From an uncultured Actinomycetes bacterium (GTDB lineage Bacteria; Actinomycetota; Acidimicrobiia; Acidimicrobiales; JACCXE01), in the NCBI GenBank assembly GCA_963722185.1, contig CAVRKD010000004.1:130918-194917 (forward strand): DNA of 64,000 nucleotides. The letters run 5' to 3'. The notes under the pieces were generated by a model. It did no database searches. It was not told the DNA's origin and worked only from the letters and a program-made list of their open reading frames with translations. The stretch's first letter is position 1, and each line of letters opens with the position of its first letter. A program made the translations under genes and the position numbers. Below, piece by piece: positions 48,282-59,604 of this stretch.

Positions 48282-50153
48282 GTGGCCGGTGGACGAGTAG
48301 CCGACCAAGTTGGTCGCGTCCTGGGTGGGCGTTACCGCCTTGTGGCTCCGGTGGGAACCGGAGGATCCGCGCACGTCTATGTCGCCGACGACACGACGTT
48401 GCGCCGGCGCGTCGCGGTCAAGGTGCTGCAGCCCGCCCTGGCGCTGGACCAGGCGTTCCTACGGCGGTTCCGGGCCGAGGCCCAAGCCGCGGCCGCGCTG
48501 AACCACCCGAACATCATGCGGGTCTTCGACTGGGGCGAGGACGACGAGGGCCCCTTCCTCGTCCTCGAGTTCCTCGGCGGCGGGAGCCTGCGCGACATGC
48601 TGGACTCCGGCCATCGCCTGAGCATCGCTCAGGCGGTGCTGGTGGGGCTCGAAGCGGCACGCGCCCTCGACTACGCCCACCGGCGCGGGCTGGTGCATCG
48701 CGACATGAAGCCGGCCAACGTTTGCTTCGACGAGGAGGGTCGGACCGCCGTCGCCGACTTCGGTCTCGCCCGCGCACTCGCCGAGGCCTCGTGGACCGAA
48801 CCCGAAGGCGTGCTGCTGGGCACCGCCCGTTACGCGGCGCCCGAGGCCGCCCAGGGCAGGGGCGTCGACGGCAAGGCCGACGTGTACGCGCTCGGTCTGG
48901 TGCTGCTCGAAGCCGTGACCGGCGACCCGCCGCCCGCGGGCGACACCACCGTGGCCACGCTCATGGCGCGGGCCAACCAACCGATCGTCGCCCCATTCGG
49001 TCTCGGCGCCTTGGCGCCGATCATCGACGCTGCCGGCGCCCTTGAACCCGACGACCGACCCGACGCCGCCGAGCTGGCGATCATGCTCGATGCGGCGGCG
49101 CGTCAGCTCGACTCGCCGGCGCCGCTGCCGGTGTCGACGGTGTTGAACCTCGACGCCCGCGCCCCGTCGGCCGCCGACCCCACCGAGATGGGCCTTACCG
49201 GTGCCATGCCCACGATCGCCGCGCCGGCGGTCAAAGCGCCCGCGACTGTCGCGGGTCGCAAGAGCCGGCGGCGCGTGTCGATCGTGATCGGTGCGCTCGT
49301 CGCCATCGCGGCGATCGTCGCCGGAGCGCTCTACATCCCGACCATCCTGAAGCCCGAACACGTCGTGCCCAACGTCCTGAACGTCGCCTTTGACACGGCC
49401 CAACAACAACTCGTGGCGATGCGGTTCAACGTCGACAAGCGCGAGGAATACTCCGAGACCACTCAGGTGGGGTCCGTCACGCGCACCGATCCCAAGCCGA
49501 ACGACAAGCTGCGCGAGGACTCCACAATCCACGTCTACGTCTCGAAGGGCCACGCGCCGCGGGACGTGCCCGCAGTGGAGGACAAGAACTTCGAGATCGC
49601 CAAGGCGTTGCTCGAGGAAGCCGGCTTTACCTTCGGTGAGCACCGCCTCGAGTTCCACGAAACGATCGTGAAGAACAACGTCATTCGACGAGAGCCAGCG
49701 GGGGAGCAATTGCCGGGCGGCAGTCCTATCGTCCTCGTCGTTTCCGACGGGCCCGAACCGCGCAAGATCTCCGACTGGGCGGGCAAGACCTTCGAGGAAG
49801 TGAAGACAGCTTTGGAATCCGCCGGCCTGAAGGCGAAGAAGGCTGACGGTTACTCCGACACGATCGCGGTGGGCAAGGTGATCACCACGAGCCCTGGACC
49901 GGGGGAGACCGCCGAACGCGGATCCACGGTCTCGGTGTTCGTCAGTGTGGGCCCGCAGACCGTGACCGTGCCCGACCTGACGGGCAAGACCATCTCCGAC
50001 GCCCGCAAGTCGTTGCAGGCAGTCGGCCTGCAGATTGGCGCCATCTACCCGGCGGGCAATAACGACAACCGGCGGGTGATCTCCCAGGACCCGCCGGGCG
50101 GGACGAAGGCCCAGCGCGGGAGCGCCGTGGACGTGTTCGTTCGTAGGAACTAG
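48282..50153 (+). CDS. Ser/Thr protein kinase with four extracellular PASTA domains
   Basis: GTG 48282 (ORF open from 47880). HRDMKPAN, DFG and APE motifs, a single TM helix, then four ~65-aa PASTA repeats. Confidence 0.9.
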   Translation: MAGGRVADQVGRVLGGRYRLVAPVGTGGSAHVYVADDTTLRRRVAVKVLQPALALDQAFLRRFRAEAQAAAALNHPNIMRVFDWGEDDEGPFLVLEFLGGGSLRDMLDSGHRLSIAQAVLVGLEAARALDYAHRRGLVHRDMKPANVCFDEEGRTAVADFGLARALAEASWTEPEGVLLGTARYAAPEAAQGRGVDGKADVYALGLVLLEAVTGDPPPAGDTTVATLMARANQPIVAPFGLGALAPIIDAAGALEPDDRPDAAELAIMLDAAARQLDSPAPLPVSTVLNLDARAPSAADPTEMGLTGAMPTIAAPAVKAPATVAGRKSRRRVSIVIGALVAIAAIVAGALYIPTILKPEHVVPNVLNVAFDTAQQQLVAMRFNVDKREEYSETTQVGSVTRTDPKPNDKLREDSTIHVYVSKGHAPRDVPAVEDKNFEIAKALLEEAGFTFGEHRLEFHETIVKNNVIRREPAGEQLPGGSPIVLVVSDGPEPRKISDWAGKTFEEVKTALESAGLKAKKADGYSDTIAVGKVITTSPGPGETAERGSTVSVFVSVGPQTVTVPDLTGKTISDARKSLQAVGLQIGAIYPAGNNDNRRVISQDPPGGTKAQRGSAVDVFVRRN

Positions 50154-50211
50154 TTCCATACCTTGAAGTAGGGTGACCCGTCTTCAAAACGGGATCACGG
50201 AGGAATCGGAC

Positions 50212-51090
50212 ATGGGCTCACTCGACGGGCGCGTAGCAATCATCACCGGAGCGGGCGGCGGCATCGGCCGCGAACACGCGCTGCTTTTCGCCGCCGAGGG
50301 CGCCAAGGTCGTCGTGAACGACCTCGGCGGCGCCATGGACGGCACCGGCGACGACCGCGGCGTGGCCGAGAAGGTGGCCGACGAGATCAAGGCCATGGGC
50401 GGCGAGGCCGTCGCCAACGCCGACAACATCGCCGACTGGGAAGGCGGCCAGCGCCTCATCAACACCGCCATCGAGGCGTTCGGCGATCTCCACGTCCTCG
50501 TGAACAACGCCGGCATCCTGCGCGACCGCGTGCTGGTCAACATGAGCGAGGAAGAGTGGGACGCGGTCATCCACGTCCACCTCAAGGGTCACTTCGTGCC
50601 CACCCGCCACGCGGCGGCGTACTGGCGGGAGCAGACCAAGGAAGGCAAAGCCGTGAACGCGGCGATCGTGAACACGTCGTCCACGTCGGGCCTCTTGGGC
50701 AACCCCGGCCAGACCAACTACGGCGCCGCCAAGGCCGGCATCGCGTCGTTCTCGAACATCTGCGCCCAGGAGCTCGCCCGCTACGGAGTGCGCTCCAACA
50801 CGATCGCCCCGGCGGCTCGCACCCGTCTCACCGAGGCCACGCCTGGTTTGGGCGACATGGTCAAGGCACCCGAGGATGCGGCCAAGTTCGACGCTTGGGA
50901 TCCGGCCAACGTCAGCCCGCTTGTGGCGTACCTGTCGACGGCTGACTGCCCGCTCACGGGCAAGGTCTTCTTCGTGCAAGGCGCCCGGGTGAGCCTCATG
51001 ACGCCGTGGGCGATGGGCGACACGTTCGACAACAAGAACGACCGCTGGACCGTCGACGGTCTCGCCAAGGAGCTCGCCTCGCTCGGTTAG
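50212..51090 (+). CDS. SDR family oxidoreductase
   Basis: TGAGGGIG cofactor motif, NNAG, and the YxxxK dyad (YGAAK). Confidence 0.8.
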   Translation: MGSLDGRVAIITGAGGGIGREHALLFAAEGAKVVVNDLGGAMDGTGDDRGVAEKVADEIKAMGGEAVANADNIADWEGGQRLINTAIEAFGDLHVLVNNAGILRDRVLVNMSEEEWDAVIHVHLKGHFVPTRHAAAYWREQTKEGKAVNAAIVNTSSTSGLLGNPGQTNYGAAKAGIASFSNICAQELARYGVRSNTIAPAARTRLTEATPGLGDMVKAPEDAAKFDAWDPANVSPLVAYLSTADCPLTGKVFFVQGARVSLMTPWAMGDTFDNKNDRWTVDGLAKELASLG

Positions 51091-51941
51091 AGGTTCTGTT
51101 CCAGCCACCGCTCGACGGCGGCAACGAACTCCTCTGGCTGCTCGATATAAGGATTGTGCGCGGAGCGTTCGAAGACTTCAGTCCTCGTCTTCGGCGGCTT
51201 CTTTGCGTCGGTCCAGTTGGTCATCGGTGCCATGAAGTCGTACTCGCCGAGGGCGAGTAGGACCGGGCAGGTGACGGATTTCATCGTGGTTGACCAGTCG
51301 ACGTTGGCGGCGTCCGTGAACAGCGCCGCCACCCACGCGACATCGCGATCGAGGATCTCGAGCGCGTCGAGCGCCGATGAGTCGAAGTCCGGGTCGTACC
51401 ACTGCCGCAGATGGTTGTACGCCTCCCGCAGTGTTTCCTTCTCGGCGGCGTCGGAGCTGGTGTTGTAGGCCTCGATGATTTCCGCCCCGCGGCGACGGCG
51501 TTCGGGTTCCGCCTTGGCCGCCCAGTACGCCGCGTTGTCCTCGGGATTAGGCGGCAGTGCCGGAGCCGGCGTGACGGCGATAGCCCCGGCGTAGTTGCCG
51601 GCGGCAGCCGCGGCCAAGGCGAGCGTCCCGTTCATGGAGTGGCCGAACAGCACGACTTGCCCCGGATCGTTCGAGATGTGCGCCGCCAGCTCGCCCACGG
51701 TGGCCACGACCGACGCCACTGACTGCTCCGTCGGGTCGCCTTCGGAGCGCCCGGTGCCCGGCAGTTCAGCGACGTGGACCGCAAAGAGGTCGCCAAATCG
51801 GGCCGGAAGCGCCTCGAGCATCCACGGCGCGCCGATGGGCGTGAGCACCAGCAAGGGAATCGGGCCATATCCGGCCAATTCGACGCATACGACGCCCGCC
51901 GAGGTGGGTACGTGAAGGGCTGACGAATTCGCGAGCGCCAT
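51087..51941 (-). CDS. alpha/beta hydrolase
   Basis: ATG 51941 (ORF open to 52142). Nucleophile elbow GHSMNG. Confidence 0.7.
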   Translation of the reverse strand: MALANSSALHVPTSAGVVCVELAGYGPIPLLVLTPIGAPWMLEALPARFGDLFAVHVAELPGTGRSEGDPTEQSVASVVATVGELAAHISNDPGQVVLFGHSMNGTLALAAAAAGNYAGAIAVTPAPALPPNPEDNAAYWAAKAEPERRRRGAEIIEAYNTSSDAAEKETLREAYNHLRQWYDPDFDSSALDALEILDRDVAWVAALFTDAANVDWSTTMKSVTCPVLLALGEYDFMAPMTNWTDAKKPPKTRTEVFERSAHNPYIEQPEEFVAAVERWLEQNL

Positions 51942-52105
51942 GGTGCGATTCAAGCAGTCGGCGTCGAAATTTCTCCGATAAAGGCGCGAGAAACCACTTC
52001 GGTAAAGCGTTGATGTCCGTGACAGGGCCCGAGAGGGCGACGCGTCGAGACAGTGTTCCCCAGCCACTGTCGGTGCCGTCGCTCTCTCGGGCTCTGTCGC
52101 GTTAG

Positions 52106-52129
52106 GTCGCCCGCCTCGCGGCGGGCGAC
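52106..52129 (+). other. perfect 10-bp GC hairpin (GTCGCCCGCC-TCGC-GGCGGGCGAC) followed by TGGGTTTG
   Basis: Read directly. Lies in the 360-bp non-coding gap between divergent genes. Confidence 0.8.
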
Positions 52130-52204
52130 TGGGTTTGAACACGCCGGAGCGCTGCGATCAGCCCCATCTCGCGCCGATCACGACGCGTCCGTGGGTTCAA
52201 ACCC
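52130..52204. repeat. 10-bp inverted repeat GGGTTTGAAC ... GTTCAAACCC enclosing 55 nt
   Basis: Arms at 52131-52140 and 52195-52204. Directly abuts motif copy C. Confidence 0.7.
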
Positions 52205-52276
52205 GTTAGCCGGCTTAAAAAAGGGTGTGATCGGCGAGCTCGGAAGTGGATCCCACGCTTCTCGTGCGGTGAAACC
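52205..52276 (-). repeat. copy C of tripartite intergenic motif (reverse orientation)
   Basis: The reverse complement reads GGTTT-CACC-GCACGAGAAGCGTGG-21nt-ATCACAC-16nt-TAAC. Confidence 0.85.
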
Positions 52277-52303
52277 ATCTGCGGCGGGCTAGTCGTGTGA
52301 GCT

Positions 52304-53773
52304 TTGGTCGGTCCCCTTGCCGCCGGTAGGTTCACCCCGGTGGAGGCCACTCGCCGTTGGGAGCGCTTGCAGGAGCGTCCCCGGTACAAGTGGTGGGTTC
52401 TGTGGACGGCGATGGGCGGGCTGTTCTCGGTCAACGTGACGTTCACGATCCTGGCGGTCGCGCTGCCGCGCATCGCTGACGAATTCGACACCACGAGCAA
52501 CACCCTGACGTGGGTGATCACCGGCCCGCTCCTCGCATTTGGCGTGGCGGCGCCGTCGCTCGGAAAGGCGGCCGACCAGTACGGGCACAAGCGCGTGTAC
52601 CAGTACGGGCTGATCCTGTCGTTCTTCGCCGCCGGGGCTTCGGCGCTTGCGTGGGGAGCGCTGCCGCTGATCGTCATCCGGACCATCGGTTCTCTCGAAG
52701 GCGCGGCGACCGGCGCGGCGTCGATGGCCATCGTGATGCGCACCTTCGACCGCCACGAGCGGGTAAAGGCCATGGGCTGGTGGTCGCTGGTCGGCGCCGG
52801 CGGACCGGTCATCGGCGTCGTGCTCGGCGGCTTCCTGCTCGAGACCGTGGGTTGGCGCGTGATCTTCGCCGCGCAGATGCCGCTGATCGCGCTGGCTTTC
52901 GTGCTCGGCTCGATCGTGCTGCCCGAGACCGAGACGTTACCGGCGCAGAAGTTCGACATCGCCGGCGCGCTGACGCTCAGCGGGGGCGTGACCGCGTTGC
53001 TGTTCGCCATCAACCGCGGGCCCGAGGTCGGTTGGGACAGCCCGATCGTTCGGCTCGCGTTCGTGCTCTGTCCAGTGCTGCTGTACGCCTTCGTGCGCGT
53101 CGAGCGACGAAGCGCCGCGCCGCTGATCTCACTCGCGTACTTGAAGAAGCCGTCGTTCGCCTTCCCCATCACGTCGAACGCGCTGGCGAACAGCGCGTAC
53201 ATGGGCGGTTTCATCCTCACGCCGCAGTTGCTGCAGAAGGTCTACGGCTACAGCGAGCAGAAGATCGGCCTGCTGGTGATCGCCCGGCCGCTGTCGTTCT
53301 CGATCCTGTCACCGGTTGCGGGCTATCTCGCCGTAAAGATCGGCCAACGCACCTCGGCGGTCGCCGGCACGTTGTTCGTCGTCGCGTCGATGGGCGTCTT
53401 CGCGCTGCTTGGCGCCGACTCACCCAACCTGCTCATCATCGCCGCGCTGGTGCTCTCGGGCGTCGGCCTCGGCGTCTCACAGCCGTCGATCTCCGCCGGC
53501 ATCGCCAACGCTGTGGCCGACCAGGACCTCGGCATCGCCAGCGCGGCGCAGCAGCTGATGCAGAACGTCGGCATCGTGAGCGGCATTCAGATCATGACCT
53601 CGGTGCAGACGTCGATTGGTCAAGGCTCGACGGGCGCCGCCGCACTGCACAGCTTCCACATGGCCTACCTCGTCGGCGGCGCGATCTGTGTCGGTGGCGT
53701 CTTACTCGCCCTCGGTGTCAAGAACGAACACGCCCGCCCCGAGCCCCACCCGGAGCTCTACGAGCCGTACTAG
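52304..53773 (+). CDS. MFS transporter, DHA2 (14-TMS drug:H+ antiporter)-like
   Basis: 489 aa, about 14 TM segments, EmrB/QacA-like layout. Start is TTG 52304 or GTG 52340. Confidence 0.8.
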   Translation: MVGPLAAGRFTPVEATRRWERLQERPRYKWWVLWTAMGGLFSVNVTFTILAVALPRIADEFDTTSNTLTWVITGPLLAFGVAAPSLGKAADQYGHKRVYQYGLILSFFAAGASALAWGALPLIVIRTIGSLEGAATGAASMAIVMRTFDRHERVKAMGWWSLVGAGGPVIGVVLGGFLLETVGWRVIFAAQMPLIALAFVLGSIVLPETETLPAQKFDIAGALTLSGGVTALLFAINRGPEVGWDSPIVRLAFVLCPVLLYAFVRVERRSAAPLISLAYLKKPSFAFPITSNALANSAYMGGFILTPQLLQKVYGYSEQKIGLLVIARPLSFSILSPVAGYLAVKIGQRTSAVAGTLFVVASMGVFALLGADSPNLLIIAALVLSGVGLGVSQPSISAGIANAVADQDLGIASAAQQLMQNVGIVSGIQIMTSVQTSIGQGSTGAAALHSFHMAYLVGGAICVGGVLLALGVKNEHARPEPHPELYEPY

Positions 53774-54181
53774 CTACTCGGTGATCTCGGCGATCTTGCC
53801 CGCTAGCTCTTCGGCGACGGGGTCGGCGGCGCCGCCCTGCATCGCCATGAGCTTGGTCATGTCGCCGGCGACCTTGATCTTGCCGGACATGAACGCCTGC
53901 ATCCCGGCCTGCGGGTTGCCTTCGACGAAGATCGCCTTGGCGGTCTGGTAGTCGAGCGTGACGGTGACGTCGGCGCCTTCGATGTGGCCGGTATCCATCT
54001 CCATCTCGCCCGAGCTCGTGTCCATGTGGGCCTCGATGGTGCCCTCGCCGAACGGGACGTCGGTGATGATCTGATTCATCTTCACGACGTGCGGGGCGGG
54101 CGCGCCCTTGCCCTTGTATTCCTCACGGATTGCCTTGGCGGCGTCCATCCACTCGTCAGACAAGAAGGGGTACTTGGCCAC
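53774..54181 (-). CDS. SCP2 sterol-binding domain protein
   Basis: GTG 54181 with SD AAGGAG (ORF open to 54277). MQAFMSGKIKVAGDMTKLMAMQ signature. Confidence 0.75.
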   Translation of the reverse strand: MAKYPFLSDEWMDAAKAIREEYKGKGAPAPHVVKMNQIITDVPFGEGTIEAHMDTSSGEMEMDTGHIEGADVTVTLDYQTAKAIFVEGNPQAGMQAFMSGKIKVAGDMTKLMAMQGGAADPVAEELAGKIAEITE

Positions 54182-54251
54182 GTGGGTGCTCCTTGGGTTG
54201 AGTAACGGTGCGCCGCGCACGCTAGCGCGCCGTTGTCTAGGGTCCACCTCG

Positions 54252-55529
54252 GTGGAAGAGGAAGCGGGCGTCGACAAGAAATACCTCCGAATGCTGCTGA
54301 TCCTGCTGGTGTCGGCGGCGTTCTTCGAGGGTTATGACAGTTCGATCCTCGCGTTGTTGCTGTCCGACATTCAGAGCAGCTTCCGCGTGAGCGAAGCCGT
54401 GCTCGGCGTCACCCGCATCCCGATCGAACTCGGCCTGTTCGTCGCCTTCTTCGTGACCCGCTTGTCGGACCGCCTCGGCCGACGGCCGCTGCTGCTGTGG
54501 TCGGTGGTCGGCTACACGCTGTTCACCGCGGCCACCGCCTTCTCGTGGGACATCTGGAGCTTCTCGTTCTTCCAGTTCGGTTCGCGGGTGTTCCTCGGCG
54601 CCGAATACGCCGTCGGCGTGACGATGATCGTGGAGGAGTTCCCCGCCGGGAAGCGCGGTCGCGCGCTGGGCACGCTGCTGACCTTCAGCGCGCTCGGCAC
54701 GATCGTCGTCGGCGTGTTGCTCGGCGCCGGGCTGCAGGACACCGGCCTCGGCTGGCGCGCCTTCTACCTCGTCGGCCTCGTGCCACTGGTGCTGTTGATT
54801 CCGTACCGTCGACGGCTTAAGGAAACCCGGCGCTTCCTCGACATGAAGGCCGGCAAAGAGACAGAGGACAAGGTTCCGTTCCTCGAGCCGTGGAAACCCC
54901 AGTACCGCCGCAACCTCGTGCTGGTCGGCATCGTGCACATGCTGCGATCGATCCCGATCTTCGGGTCCACGGCGTGGTGGGCGTTCTACGCCGAGCGTGA
55001 GCGCGGCTTCACGTCGCTCGAGATCTCGATTTTCATCATCGCCGCCTACGGCCTGGGGTGCGTCGGCTACTACGTGTGCGGTCGCTTGATGGAACGCATC
55101 GGCCGGCGGCCGACGGCGATGCTGTACTTCTCGGGCGGCATCGTCTTCTCGATCACGCTGTTCCAAGTCAGTGGCAAGACGATCAGCTTCGTGTCGCTCA
55201 TGCTCGCCGTGTTCTTCGGCCTCGGCATGGGACCGGTGATGAGCAGCTTCGCCACCGAGTTGTTCCCGACCGAGATCCGCGGCCAGGCCGCCGCGTGGAT
55301 TCGCAACTGGTTCGAGATCGCCGGCTACGTGTTCGGTCCCGCGCTGGTCGGCATCCTCGGTGACCACGCCACCGGCGCCATCGGCAATATCGGCGACACG
55401 GTCACGCTGCTCATGATCTTGCAGCTCCCAGCGCTGTATTTGATCTGGAAGTACATGCCCGAGACGAAGGGCTTGGAGCTCGAAGAGGTGTACGCCGTGC
55501 CGGGCCCGGCTGAGGTCATCGCGCCGTGA
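54252..55529 (+). CDS. MFS transporter
   Basis: GTG 54252 (ORF open from 54108). 12 TM-type layout. Motif RLSDRLGRRPLL between TM2 and TM3. Confidence 0.8.
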   Translation: MEEEAGVDKKYLRMLLILLVSAAFFEGYDSSILALLLSDIQSSFRVSEAVLGVTRIPIELGLFVAFFVTRLSDRLGRRPLLLWSVVGYTLFTAATAFSWDIWSFSFFQFGSRVFLGAEYAVGVTMIVEEFPAGKRGRALGTLLTFSALGTIVVGVLLGAGLQDTGLGWRAFYLVGLVPLVLLIPYRRRLKETRRFLDMKAGKETEDKVPFLEPWKPQYRRNLVLVGIVHMLRSIPIFGSTAWWAFYAERERGFTSLEISIFIIAAYGLGCVGYYVCGRLMERIGRRPTAMLYFSGGIVFSITLFQVSGKTISFVSLMLAVFFGLGMGPVMSSFATELFPTEIRGQAAAWIRNWFEIAGYVFGPALVGILGDHATGAIGNIGDTVTLLMILQLPALYLIWKYMPETKGLELEEVYAVPGPAEVIAP

Positions 55530-56110
55530 GTAATTCCACGTTCGTCAAGGGGATGGTGGCATGCGTCGCGGTGATGCTCGCCTTTGGAGGTGCCATCTCG
55601 CTGCTCAACGCCGGGAACAACCGGCCCGAAGGCGTGGCCGAGGACTGGCTGACCGCCGTCGGCGACACTGTGCGCGCGGGTGTCGAAGACGACGCCCGCG
55701 AACGCGCTGAGAAAATTGGGCCGCTGTCGCTGGCGCGCGAACTCGTGCAGCCCAACCCCGATCGCAAGACGGCGTTCCCCGACCTTGAGGTAGGTAAGGC
55801 GGTTGAAGTGGCGACGGACTCGGTGCAAATGCCGTTCAAGTTGCACGCCCGCGTGGGCGACGACGAAGTTGAGAAGTCGGGGCTCATTGTCATGCGCAAG
55901 CGCCTTGACGAGTGGCGCGTCATCAACGTCGTGTTGCTGCCGCTGGCTGACATTCCTCCGCTGCCCTCAGACGGCGGGCCGCCGCCGTCGTCCGCGCCGA
56001 ACTCGCTGTGGCTCGGCGCGCTGGCGGGTGCGGCACTCATCGGCCTCGTCACCTCGGCGTTGGTGAGGGTCGCCGACCGTCCAGTGGCGGCCGCTGGCGT
56101 AACTTCGTAG
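55526..56110 (+). CDS. hypothetical membrane protein
   Basis: 194 aa. N- and C-terminal TM helices. GTGA overlap with the upstream MFS gene. Confidence 0.5.
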   Translation: MSNSTFVKGMVACVAVMLAFGGAISLLNAGNNRPEGVAEDWLTAVGDTVRAGVEDDARERAEKIGPLSLARELVQPNPDRKTAFPDLEVGKAVEVATDSVQMPFKLHARVGDDEVEKSGLIVMRKRLDEWRVINVVLLPLADIPPLPSDGGPPPSSAPNSLWLGALAGAALIGLVTSALVRVADRPVAAAGVTS

Positions 56111-56112
56111 GC

Positions 56113-56421
56113 GTGGCAGCCGCTAACCGCGCCGAACGGCTCGAGAGTCGCGAACGCAACCCGAAGTGGAAGCTGCCGCCGCTCAAGATCGACATGTCGA
56201 TCTGCATCAACTGCGACGCCTGCCTCCGCCACTGCCCGCCGCAGTTCGGCGCCATCTTCAACCACGGCATCGACGTGATCATCATCCCGGAGCTGTGCTC
56301 TGGCTGCGACAAGTGCCTCGACCCGTGCCCGGTCGACTGCATTCACCCCGACCCCGACTGGCAGCCGGCCACCGAAGACTGGTGGAGCGAACCGCTCACC
56401 GCTGATCACTACAAGAGGTAA
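56113..56421 (+). CDS. 2x[4Fe-4S] ferredoxin
   Basis: Two CxxCxxCxxxCP motifs (CINCDACLRHCP, CSGCDKCLDPCP). Start is GTG 56113 or an internal ATG. Confidence 0.8.
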   Translation: MAAANRAERLESRERNPKWKLPPLKIDMSICINCDACLRHCPPQFGAIFNHGIDVIIIPELCSGCDKCLDPCPVDCIHPDPDWQPATEDWWSEPLTADHYKR

Positions 56422-56449
56422 CGCCACCAGCCCCTACGATGGCGGCCCC

Positions 56450-56748
56450 ATGGCGAAGCGGCTGACACGCGAGGAAGTAGCCCACGTCGCGCTTTTGGCG
56501 CGACTGGAATTGACCGACGACGAGCTCGACACCTTCACCGGCCAGCTCGCCGACGTCCTCGAACACGCCAACGACGTGGAGGCGCTCGACGTTTCGGGCG
56601 TCGAAGCGATGGCCCATCCGCTGCGGCTGCGCAACGTGTTCCGGCCCGACACCGTCGTGCCCTCGCTCGACCGCGACGAGGTACTGGCGCAGGCCCCCGC
56701 CGCCGAGGACGGTCGCTTCCTGGTGCCGCAGATCCTCGGGGAGGAACC

Positions 56749-56752
<4 letters not shown>
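56450..56752 (+). CDS. gatC: Asp/Glu-tRNA amidotransferase subunit C
   Basis: 100 aa. [18 protein letters not shown]-terminus. Confidence 0.9.
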
Positions 56753-58169
<1,417 letters not shown>

Positions 58170-58170
<1 letters not shown>

Positions 58171-59604
58171 TGGCGATTCCTGACGGGTGGGTGTTGGTCA
58201 TCGGGCTCGAGGTGCACTGCGAGCTCAAGACCGCCACCAAGTTGTTCTGCGGATGCCCGAACATGTTCGGCGACGAGCCGAACACCAACGTGTGCCCGAC
58301 GTGTCTGGGTTTGCCAGGGTCGCTGCCCGTGCTCAACGAGAACGCCGTCGAGCTGGCGATGCGCATCGGCGCCGCGCTCAATTGCGACATCGTGCACTCG
58401 ACCTTCCACCGCAAGAACTACTTCTATCCGGACATGCCGAAGGACTATCAGGTCAGCCAGTACGACGAACCCATCAACACCACTGGTTGGCTCGACCTGC
58501 CCGACGGCTTCCGCGTCGGCGTCACGCGGGCGCATATCGAAGAGGACACGGGCAAGTCCACCCACGTCGGCACCACGGGCCGCATTCACGGGGCCACGCA
58601 TTCACTCGTCGACTACAACCGGTCCGGCGTGCCGCTGGTGGAGATCGTGAGCGAGCCCGACATGCGCACCGTCGATCAGGCCCGCGCCTACGTCACCGAA
58701 TTGCGCGGCATCCTCGTGGCGACGGGCGCATCCGACGGTCGCATGGAAGAAGGCTCGATGCGCGTCGACGCCAACGTGTCGGTGCGCCGCTCTGAGGACG
58801 ACCCCTTCGGCACGCGCTGCGAGATCAAGAACGTCAACAGCATCCGCTCGCTCGGCCGGGCCATCGAATACGAGGCCATCCGCCAGATCGACCTCATCGA
58901 GGCAGGGGAGCGGGTCATCCAGCAGACGCGGCACTGGAACGAGGGCGAAGGCCGCACGATTACCGGCCGCGTCAAGGAAGACGCCGACGACTACCGCTAC
59001 TTCCTCGAGCCCGACCTCGTTCCGCTCGAGCCGTCGGCTGAGTGGATCGGTTCGGTGCGCAGCAACCTGGCGGTGCTTCCCGCGGCGCGGCGCGTCGCGG
59101 TAGCCGCAAGCAGCCGGAGCCGAACCGCACGCCACCGCGGTGGCGACGGTGGTGGATCTGGACCTCGACGCGTTGGTGGTTGGCGCTATCGAGGCCGGGG
59201 CTGACGGGCGCATCGCCCTCGCACGCGCCGCCAACGAGATCGCGTCGAACGCGGAGGCGGGGCGGGGGCTCGACGTCGCTGCGTTCACGACGCTGGTGGG
59301 CATGGAGTCCGCTGGCGAGATCACCGCTACGCAGGCCAAGACAGTCCTCGGCGAACTTCTCGCCGACGGCGGCGGCGACCCCAAGGCGATCGCCGCCAAA
59401 CACGGGTTCGAGGCCATGGATGCGTCGGTCCTCGACGCCGCGCTGGACGAGATCATCGCGGCGAACCCCGACCAGTGGCAGCGCTACAAGGACGGCGACC
59501 CCAAAGTCGGCGGGTTTTTCGTCGGCGCGGTGATGAAGGCCACGCAAGGCAAGGCCGACGGCAAAGCCGTCAACGCCGCGCTAGCGGCCCGCGCTAAGAG
59601 CTAG
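58170..59604 (+). pseudogene. gatB: Asp/Glu-tRNA amidotransferase subunit B, one +1 frame break (59115)
   Basis: ...[10 protein letters not shown]...[13 protein letters not shown] joins [20 protein letters not shown]...VMKATQGKADGKAVNAAL in the +1 frame. Confidence 0.92.

Noticed and set aside
52188-52210. GGGTTCAAACCC looks like a tRNA T-arm/T-loop
   Set aside because: The flanking bases do not form a 5-bp T stem. No acceptor, D or anticodon arms can be drawn on either strand.
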